Shown here: piece by piece, positions 15,301-24,000 of the stretch
How the letters are laid out: every line of letters starts with the position of its first letter
Numbering within the stretch: the stretch's first letter is position 1
NCBI RefSeq assembly: GCF_018336915.1
Contig: NZ_CP064923.1
Span: forward strand, 456,567-480,566
From: Acaryochloris marina S15
GTDB taxonomy: Bacteria; Cyanobacteriota; Cyanobacteriia; Thermosynechococcales; Thermosynechococcaceae
Length of the DNA: 24,000 nucleotides
Reading direction: 5' to 3'
Translations under genes and position numbers: made by a program
The notes under the pieces: generated by a model
What the model was told of the DNA's origin: nothing
What the model saw: the letters and a program-made list of their open reading frames with translations, nothing else
Databases searched by the model: none

Positions 15301-16047
15301 TTACCGGCCACCTTCTTGGAGAATGACGCGATTGCCACCTGCTCTTTGGGCTTGGCGGAGGGATTGCTCAGCGGCAGCGATGAAATTGACTGGGGATAAT
15401 TTAGGAGTTGGCACAATCGTCGCAATTCCCAAGCTTAAGGTAATGGCTTGATCTGGTATGGGAGAAGCCGGATTCTCTTTTAAAGCTTTGACCCGGAGTC
15501 GAATTTTCTTGGCGATACAGGCTGCTTCATCAATAGAGGTTTGGGGGAGTAAGACCGCAAAGGTATCGCCATGGTAGCGGGCCAACATATCTGTAGAACG
15601 CTCAATATTGGCTTGAATGACTTTAATCACTTGGCCAATATAGGTGTTGCAGGCTGAGTCACCATATTGTCGGTGCAAGCGATCAAAATCATCCACTTCA
15701 CATAGAAACAGTGATAAAGGTTGCCGGTCTTGCTCCAAGCGCTGCCAAACGCTATCTATGCGGGTATCAAAATGAGAACGAAGTGAGACTTGTACAACAC
15801 TTTTTCGAGTCCATCGCTGCTTTATTTGCCGGTACAGACCGGTGGGCTGAAGCCTCTGCCAAAATCTCAGGGTAAACGCTTTTAATTGCAAAGACTTGGG
15901 CTGTTTTAAGGGTTCAAATGAATCTGCTGGTTCTGACAAATCACCTGAATAAAAAGGAGGTTGAAAAGACACACTGGTACTCCGTAGATCTGATCGAAGC
16001 TGAATCGTCAACTTCCTCACCATCTGGATATAAGGATAACCAGGCAT
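15301..16047 (-). CDS. Degenerate GGDEF-domain protein (HGDTF instead of GGDEF; RxxD I-site retained), probably not an active diguanylate cyclase
   Basis: The GGDEF fold is recognisable: LSLFLCEVDDFDRLHRQYGDSACNTYIGQV...RSTDMLARYHGDTFAVLLPQT...ITLSLGIA...AEQSLRQAQRAGGNRV. The signature HGDTF is at nt 15559-15573 and RSTD at 15589-15600, five residues upstream. The N/D/GH substrate-binding positions are also replaced (LHRQYGDS). Confidence 0.85.
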   Translation of the reverse strand: MPGYPYIQMVRKLTIQLRSDLRSTSVSFQPPFYSGDLSEPADSFEPLKQPKSLQLKAFTLRFWQRLQPTGLYRQIKQRWTRKSVVQVSLRSHFDTRIDSVWQRLEQDRQPLSLFLCEVDDFDRLHRQYGDSACNTYIGQVIKVIQANIERSTDMLARYHGDTFAVLLPQTSIDEAACIAKKIRLRVKALKENPASPIPDQAITLSLGIATIVPTPKLSPVNFIAAAEQSLRQAQRAGGNRVILQEGGR

Positions 16048-16744
16048 CTTTTTGCAAGGAAAGCCTAGTATCTATGACCCCTCTCCCCTAAGGTCATATC
16101 GTCAGTTGACTTGCAGTTTGCAATATCAACTTGCACTTACAGATTGAGGAAGAACCGACTCTAAGCGGTCCAAAAGCTATAGACAATGGCTATTTTGAAG
16201 CTAGGAACACACTATTATGACTGAAAATGCAAATCTATCTTAGCGCAACAATGAGTGAAGTTTGATAATTCCTGTGACAAAAGTTTTTGATGGCGAATCT
16301 TGTTCATTTTAGTAAAAAACACGGGTCTTAGGAGGATTGAATCCCTTTGATTTCGTCTTGAAGTATTTTGTACTACAATTAATTATGATTGTCTTAATCT
16401 TTGGAAATTCAGCTTCGTTATTCACCAATATGCCCATATCATTCTCAAAAATTAAGCAAGAGGATAGTAATAGGCTGAAAAATCCTAATATTCAGGGTTA
16501 ATGGCTATTCGAGGCCTTCTGGTATTACTAGTTAAAGATAGCTAGCTCATCAGATTTGGGTCACTGATCCAGAGACTGCATAGCTATGCGTTGATGACAT
16601 GGATAGCTGTAGTGACTCTCACCCTATAAAGCTAATAAAATGCCTTTAATATAGAAAATTCTCAATATTTTCAGCTCAAGGCGCATCCATTTCAATCATT
16701 AGCCTGAGTTCGCAGGAAATAGAAGACTCAATAAGTAGAAAAAG

Positions 16745-17194
16745 ATGGCAATTTACTTCTATTCAAATAGAGAAAAACCCTATGGCTGTTTTTCTAACTT
16801 TTCAGCCCATGGGGTGATGTTGGATGGTGTTTGGTGGCCTACGAGTGAACATTATTTCCAAGCGCAAAAATTTGTCGGTACTCCCCATGCCGACCAGATA
16901 CGCCAGGTGAAATTGCCGAAGGATGCGGCGCGTCTAGGACGACAACGCACACGGCCCCTACGGTCTGACTGGGAACAGGTCAAAGATGATGTTATGCGTA
17001 AGGCGGTGCTCTGTAAATTTGAAACCCATGCCGATATCCGAGCCGTTTTGTTATCTACGGGGAATCAAGACTTAGTGGAAAATGCCCCTGGAGATTATTA
17101 CTGGGGCAGTGGACAGGATGGTACTGGCCAAAATAAGTTAGGGAAGATTTTGATGGAAGTGCGAGACACATTGCAATTGGGCGATAGCAACTAG
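16745..17194 (+). CDS. ybiA: NADAR-family protein (YbiA-like, DUF1768; 149 aa)
   Basis: Near-collinear with my memory of E. coli YbiA: FSNFS...WPTSEHYFQAQKF...RLGRQRTRPLRSDWEQVKDDVMRKAVLCKFETHADIRAVLLSTG...LVENAPGDYYWGSG.DGTGQNKLGKILMEVR. Confidence 0.9.
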   Translation: MAIYFYSNREKPYGCFSNFSAHGVMLDGVWWPTSEHYFQAQKFVGTPHADQIRQVKLPKDAARLGRQRTRPLRSDWEQVKDDVMRKAVLCKFETHADIRAVLLSTGNQDLVENAPGDYYWGSGQDGTGQNKLGKILMEVRDTLQLGDSN

Positions 17195-17213
17195 CTCTAG
17201 GTTGATAACATCC

Positions 17214-18050
17214 ATGAAATTAATTCTGTTTGAAGACGCTGTAGCATTTTGCGATCGCACCCAGTCTCACCTCTTGCATCATCCTGCAGAACATAATCTG
17301 CTGCTTGGTATTCAGAGTGCTTTACTTCGGGGCTCAGGCGCTTTCCCCACTCCTCCTGATTTGCTGGTCGTTGAGTCGGCGGGGGAGATTCAGGCCGTGG
17401 GTACTCGAACTCCTCCTTATAATTTTGTGCTGTCGAAGGTCCAGGATTTAGGCGCTTTAGATCTGATGGCAGACTACTTCCACCAGGCTTCGACCTCTTT
17501 ATCCGGGGTCAATAGCTTTGTGAGGGAGGCTCAAGCCTTTGCTCATGTCTGGCAAACCGTGACTGGACAAGCGAGCACCTTAAAAATGCACCTGCGGATT
17601 CACCAGTTGATCCAAGTGCACCCCCAAACAGATGTCCAGGGCCATTTGCGGATAGCGACGAAGCGAGATCGCAAACAGCTGCTGCAATGGTCAGAGGCGT
17701 TTTCTCTAGAGACCTTTGGGGATCTGGAAGCGGATATTGAACGCATTCTAGACCTGCAGATCAAGCGTCAGGATCTGTATGTTTGGTGCGATCGCAAGAT
17801 TGTCTCGATGGTGGCTGGACGCCTGTCTCAACCCGGAGGTGGCCGTATCGGTCCCGTCTATACTCCTCCAGAATGTCGGCAGCGGGGGTATGCGACGGCC
17901 TGTGTGTCTGCAGTGAGCCGGATGCTGTTGGATCGAGGGGCTCAGCGCTGTTGCCTATTTACCGATATCACCAATCCCACATCTAACCATATCTATCAAA
18001 CCATTGGCTATAAACCCGTTTGTGATTGGCATGACTATCGGTTTGCCTAA
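17214..18050 (+). CDS. GNAT-family N-acetyltransferase with about 130-aa N-terminal extension
   Basis: C-terminal GNAT core: VSMVAGRLSQPGGGRIGPVYTPPECRQRGYATACVSAVSRMLLDRGAQRCCLFTDITNPTSNHIYQTIGYKPV, with Q/RxxGxA-type acetyl-CoA loop RQRGYA. I prefer ATG 17214; the track uses TTG 17202. It lies 19 nt after the NADAR stop. Confidence 0.85.
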   Translation: MKLILFEDAVAFCDRTQSHLLHHPAEHNLLLGIQSALLRGSGAFPTPPDLLVVESAGEIQAVGTRTPPYNFVLSKVQDLGALDLMADYFHQASTSLSGVNSFVREAQAFAHVWQTVTGQASTLKMHLRIHQLIQVHPQTDVQGHLRIATKRDRKQLLQWSEAFSLETFGDLEADIERILDLQIKRQDLYVWCDRKIVSMVAGRLSQPGGGRIGPVYTPPECRQRGYATACVSAVSRMLLDRGAQRCCLFTDITNPTSNHIYQTIGYKPVCDWHDYRFA

Positions 18051-18152
18051 GGATTGGTGGGAGTGACGTTTATTGAGATTGGCCTTGCCGTCATTTTTTC
18101 CGTTAATGGGTCCGGCTTTAGGGCCTAAGTGATTCATCACCAATGTTGGATT

Positions 18153-18575
18153 CTATGCAGATTGGCAGCGATCGCAATATCCATGCAAGGTCAGCTCATA
18201 GTGATTCACCTGAAGTCCTGGGCGTAATCCCTGAAAATTGGGTGTTTGGAACTGTTCCCAGGCAATATCCTCAACCTCACTGCAAGACTGGCAGCGAAAA
18301 TGGTGGTGGGGATCAATATTGGCATCATAACGACAGACGCCTTCCTCCAAGAGGACCTCCCGCACTAGTCCCACATCTCTAAGGGCCTGAAGTGTTTTAT
18401 AGATCGTGGCCTGAGACGAGGTCGGTACATCTTGGTTAAAATGGCTCGAAATTTGCTCTGCAGTCGGATGGTCAGACCGCGCTAGTAAATCGGCATAGAC
18501 GGCAAAGCGTTGGGGGGTTACTCTTACCCCTTTCGACTTCAGGGTTTGGATAATTTTATCTGCCTGTTGTTGCAT
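18153..18575 (-). CDS. Fur-family metalloregulator, PerR-like (140 aa)
   Basis: Winged-helix segment RVTPQRFAVYADLL..SDHPTAEQI..........SQATIYKTLQALRDVGLV. Metal-binding segment DPHHHFRCQSC....and C-terminal CDRC, giving two CxxC pairs. I chose the start at ATG 18575 because GGAGGAGG sits 5 nt upstream; the track uses TTG 18593. It is divergent from katG. Confidence 0.85.
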   Translation of the reverse strand: MQQQADKIIQTLKSKGVRVTPQRFAVYADLLARSDHPTAEQISSHFNQDVPTSSQATIYKTLQALRDVGLVREVLLEEGVCRYDANIDPHHHFRCQSCSEVEDIAWEQFQTPNFQGLRPGLQVNHYELTLHGYCDRCQSA

Positions 18576-18702
18576 CAATACCTCCTCCAGCAATGTGCCA
18601 GCTCCCTACAGCCCGGGACATCTGGTTTTCAGGGGCCTCAATAACAAACCTAGCATTCCTATTCGCTAATCGTCCATATTTAGAATCTACTTTTATAACT
18701 AA

Positions 18703-21183
<2,481 letters not shown>

Positions 21184-21331
21184 TCTCGGCTTAAATACCG
21201 CGATTTCGATTTGGTAGTCCTGTAGATTTCTCCCGGCCTGCAGGGCTACTACATGTATAGATGCTCTGGTGTATTTGCTATATATCGCTGAGATAGCAAG
21301 CTCAAAACTTCGTTGAGCATGCCAGTGAGAT

Positions 21332-22084
21332 CTACAGGCCTTGCCATGGACTTAGACGAATCCGGCCACCATCAACAAGCAAGTCTTCTCCCGTAATGTA
21401 TGAAGCATCCTCACTGGCGAGAAATAGGACCACCTTGGCAATTTCTTCTGGCTGCCCCAATCGCTGCATGGGAATTTCGTTCTGGAGTGCTGCGATCATC
21501 TCCTGATCGAATTCCCCCGTCATCTCGGTATCAATCACACCCGGACTAATGGCGTTGACGCGGATATTGCGTGATATCAGTGAACTGGCTAGCGATCGTG
21601 CCAACTGGCTCACTGCTGCCTTAGTGGCGGCATACACCGTCAAATTAGCTAACCCCTGGTGCTGGGTCAGGGATGCATTGAGCACAATAGCACCCCCATC
21701 GTTCATATGTGGCAAGGCCTGCTGAGCAGTAAAGAAGACTCCCTTGAAGTTGACGCTGACAATTTGATCAAACGTCTTTTCATCCACATCACCGAACCCT
21801 GTAGGCGTCCCAATTCCAGCATTAGCGAAAACGATATCTATTTTGCCGAAACGATCCCTTACCTGTGTATAGAGCTGATCTAGGTCAGATATCTTTGAAA
21901 CATCCACAGCGACTGTGAGGAGCCGATCTCCGGCATTCAGATTCTGAGCCGTTTTAATCAGTTTTTCCTGCGTGCGTCCACAGATGGCAACATTGGCTCC
22001 TTCTGCTAGGAACGCCTTTGCTGCTGCAAGTCCCATTCCACTGCCACCCCCTGTGATGACAACAGTTTTATTTTTGAATCTCAT
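21332..22084 (-). CDS. Short-chain dehydrogenase/reductase (SDR, 250 aa)
   Basis: TGGGSGMGLAAA (TGxxxGxG), NAG, and catalytic YAATKAAV (YxxxK). AGGAG lies 5 nt upstream of the ATG. Confidence 0.9.
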   Translation of the reverse strand: MRFKNKTVVITGGGSGMGLAAAKAFLAEGANVAICGRTQEKLIKTAQNLNAGDRLLTVAVDVSKISDLDQLYTQVRDRFGKIDIVFANAGIGTPTGFGDVDEKTFDQIVSVNFKGVFFTAQQALPHMNDGGAIVLNASLTQHQGLANLTVYAATKAAVSQLARSLASSLISRNIRVNAISPGVIDTEMTGEFDQEMIAALQNEIPMQRLGQPEEIAKVVLFLASEDASYITGEDLLVDGGRIRLSPWQGL

Positions 22085-22099
22085 GTCATTCTCCTGGTT

Positions 22100-22843
22100 C
22101 TAAAGACCACCATCCACACAAATTTGCTGTCCAGTCACCCATCGACCTAAATCAGAGGCAAGGAAGAGGACCGCTCGTGAAATATCTTCAGCGGTTCCCA
22201 GTTCACCAAACGCAGCTTGACTTGCCATCCATTGCGTCTGCTCCTCTGGCGTGTCAGCCACCCAATCCGTAGCGGTGTAGCCCGGTAGTAGGCTGTTGAC
22301 GGTAATTTTCTTAGGGCTAAGTTCTCTCGCCCAAGTTCTTGTAAATTGCTCTAGAGCTCCTTTGGACGCTGCATAAATACTCGATATGGGTACATAATGC
22401 TGGGTCGAACCAGATGAAAGATTAATAATTCTGCCGCCATCGGGTATTAGCTTCACCATCTTTTGCACCAGAAAAAAGGGGCCTTTGACGTTAGTAGAGA
22501 AGAGCTGCTCAAACTCATCTTCTGTCACTTCTCCAAAGGGCTTGCTCACAAACCTACCGGCATTGTTGATCAGAATATCGACCTTGCCAAACTCTGTTTC
22601 CAAGGTTTGGGTGAGCTGGTTGATATCCTCTAGGTTTGAGACATTGGATTGATAGCCTTTAATCTTTCCTAAACTTGATAATTCATTTTCTAAAGCTTTT
22701 GCTTTTTCAGCACTGCTCACGTACGTGAAGGCCACTGACACTCCTTGGCTCATGAAGTCTTTGACAATTGCTTTGCCAATTCCCCTAGACCCTCCGGTAA
22801 CCAACGCAACTTTATCTTGTAGCTTCAATTTGTCTGTATTCAT
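22100..22843 (-). CDS. Short-chain dehydrogenase/reductase (SDR, 247 aa)
   Basis: TGGSRGIGKAI, NNAG and YAASKGAL. I chose the start at ATG 22843 (MNTDKLKLQDKVALVTGG, AAGGA upstream). The track ORF extends to 23014, but that would overlap the SnoaL-like gene by 122 nt. Confidence 0.88.
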   Translation of the reverse strand: MNTDKLKLQDKVALVTGGSRGIGKAIVKDFMSQGVSVAFTYVSSAEKAKALENELSSLGKIKGYQSNVSNLEDINQLTQTLETEFGKVDILINNAGRFVSKPFGEVTEDEFEQLFSTNVKGPFFLVQKMVKLIPDGGRIINLSSGSTQHYVPISSIYAASKGALEQFTRTWARELSPKKITVNSLLPGYTATDWVADTPEEQTQWMASQAAFGELGTAEDISRAVLFLASDLGRWVTGQQICVDGGL

Positions 22844-22892
22844 TGTTTGTCCTTGTGAAATGACGAATTTTTCCAGCTCAAGGGTGGGCGGA

Positions 22893-23378
22893 TCAACTTC
22901 TCTGAGGGTGGCGTTCAATACCTTTCGCGATAATTTCTGGATGGACATTGTGAGGAATAGGCCATCCCCGCTCCCAGAAGTAAATGTTGATTTCAACGGT
23001 GTTATCGGCAACATCCCAGCGCCTAACTTTGCCGTCTTGGATAGTCAAAATCATCGTTTCAATAGATGTGCCTTCTCGCCCCGTTGGCTGCATTCCCATA
23101 AATTCTTGGGCATGCTTCCAATGCAGGCATACCGTAAAGAAGCCTCGACCATTGCCTGTTTCATCAATGGCCTCAAATTCATCGACTAAATCAATGCGAG
23201 ACTGTAGCGCTTCAATAAATTGTGTGGCCCAGCTTTTGAGGGCGTCACGACCGTGGATATTACGGCCCATTGTTGAATTGACTAACACTTCCTCTGCCAC
23301 GAGCGCATCCCAGCGATCAACCTCTCCGGATTGAAAGGCGTCGTATAGCTTACGCACAAATGGATACTGGATGGTCAT
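22893..23378 (-). CDS. SnoaL-like / ester-cyclase (NTF2-fold) protein (161 aa)
   Basis: The pattern ...GRDALKSWATQFIEALQ...HWKHAQEFMGMQPTGREGTSIETMILTIQDGKVRRWDV matches the ester-cyclase consensus (..G.H.GEFMG.PPTGK......I.RI.DGKI.E.W). GAGG lies 8 nt upstream of the ATG. Confidence 0.8.
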   Translation of the reverse strand: MTIQYPFVRKLYDAFQSGEVDRWDALVAEEVLVNSTMGRNIHGRDALKSWATQFIEALQSRIDLVDEFEAIDETGNGRGFFTVCLHWKHAQEFMGMQPTGREGTSIETMILTIQDGKVRRWDVADNTVEINIYFWERGWPIPHNVHPEIIAKGIERHPQRS

Positions 23379-23401
23379 ATTCTTGCCTCACTCTTAAAAA
23401 T

Positions 23402-24000
23402 CTAAGAACTTGGTTGTCGTCCACCCAGGCGCCGCTCTGATGCGCTCGGTAGTACATTGACGGAAGGGGTTGCATAGGGACCCAGTTTCATACCACCTAT
23501 CATGAAGCGGATAAAGTCGCCCAGGGATTCCAACAAGCGGGCACTACGCAGTGGACCACAGTCAATGGGATTAAACCCAATCTCGCTAGCTAACGTCATT
23601 GCAGTTTGCCGTGCCGCAGGATGGTCACCGCAGACATAGGCCGAAACCTGATGCTCTTTGAGTGGTTGAGGTGATAGCTCAAAGACTTCTTGGGCCATGG
23701 TATTGAAGGCTTTGATGACATGGGCATTGGGAATGTCTGCCGCTAACTCTTCGGCTAAAGATTCCGCCATCAAAGGACCGTAGGCAAACCCTTCAGGAAT
23801 ATCGCGATTGTTGCAGTCGAGGATCACTTTGCCAGATAAGCTCTCGGTCGACGACAAAATGGCGGATGGCATCACACCTCGTACTGAGTAAAAGATCACC
23901 TCACCAAATTCAGCCGCCTCATCATTGGTGCCACTCTGAGTGTTGTGGCCTGCAAATTCAGCCACGGATTTTGCTCTGTTCGGATCCCGTGACCCCCAAA
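23402..24000 (-). CDS. NADP oxidoreductase, coenzyme F420-dependent type (NpdG-like); 5' end outside the window
   Basis: The frame stays open to the window edge, reading ...WGSRDPNRAKSVAEFAGH.... The body contains VIFYSVRG, GKVILDCNN, VIKAFNT, VCGDHPAARQTAMTLASEIGFNPIDCGPL and LLESLGDFI. Confidence 0.85.
   Translation of the reverse strand, partial: WGSRDPNRAKSVAEFAGHNTQSGTNDEAAEFGEVIFYSVRGVMPSAILSSTESLSGKVILDCNNRDIPEGFAYGPLMAESLAEELAADIPNAHVIKAFNTMAQEVFELSPQPLKEHQVSAYVCGDHPAARQTAMTLASEIGFNPIDCGPLRSARLLESLGDFIRFMIGGMKLGPYATPSVNVLPSASERRLGGRQPSS

Noticed and set aside
16337-16501. A small ORF (TTG 16337 or ATG 16385 to TAA 16499-16501; MIVLIFGNSASLFTNMPISFSKIKQEDSNRLKNPNIQG) after a strong AGGAGG.
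   Set aside because: The SD-to-TTG spacing is only 1 nt, and the ATG is 49 nt from the SD. The peptide has no recognisable features. It is mentioned only as something ribosome profiling could test.
16745-18050. NADAR-GNAT as a type II toxin-antitoxin pair.
   Set aside because: GNAT toxins are about 170 aa and pair with RHH/DUF1778 antitoxins. NADAR antidotes pair with DarT-like ADP-ribosyltransferases. Neither canonical partner is present.
21214-21249. A hairpin GTAGTCCTG...CAGGGCTAC (9 bp with one G-U) after katG as a terminator.
   Set aside because: The stem is real, but the loop is 18 nt and there is no U-tract on either strand. That is too weak to call, although some termination signal must lie between the convergent genes.
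22844-23189. The long version of the second SDR ORF (to 23014) and plus-strand ORFs 22725-23189 and 22984-23334.
   Set aside because: The long version would overlap the SnoaL-like gene by 122 nt, and the SDR Rossmann motif begins right after Met-22843. The plus-strand ORFs are antisense to two well-supported genes.

Overview
This window reads as a cyanobacterial chromosomal segment. Evidence: 11 exact HIP1 octamers (GCGATCGC), giant HTH-STAND-WD40/TPR proteins, and an RF2 gene with the classical CUU UGA C +1 frameshift. I support 20 protein-coding genes (both edge genes are cut by the window), one IS1634/IS4-type insertion sequence with terminal inverted repeats, one textbook intrinsic terminator and a few candidate regulatory sites. 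I saw no rRNA, tRNA, CRISPR array or prophage module. Layout: 1-3514, HTH-NB-ARC-pentapeptide-14xWD40 STAND NTPase. 3550-6722, small AT-rich accessory islet holding a stand-alone DUF4347-like protein, a divergent orphan Gly/Ala-rich protein and the IS. 6718-9412, PNPOx-like flavoprotein, a CRP/NtcA-type site, cpdA and a small membrane protein. 9409-11739, HTH-like-NB-ARC-TPR STAND NTPase. 11741-12279, hairpin-rich non-coding stretch ending in a terminator. 12280-14046, prfB translationally coupled (ATGA) to a YbiX/PiuC 2OG-Fe(II) hydroxylase. Then a GIDE-domain membrane protein, a degenerate GGDEF protein (HGDTF, I-site kept), a 0.7-kb AT-rich gap, a NADAR(YbiA)-GNAT pair, a divergent Fur/PerR-like regulator with katG, and a 4-gene redox operon. 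Nothing matches a named defence, toxin or secretion system that I recognise. The best leads for something undescribed are the DUF4347 / Gly-Ala-rich islet, the structured non-coding region at 11.8-12.3 kb, the prfB-hydroxylase coupling, and the two HTH-STAND switches. All domain calls come from reading the translated ORFs against remembered family motifs, not from database searches.
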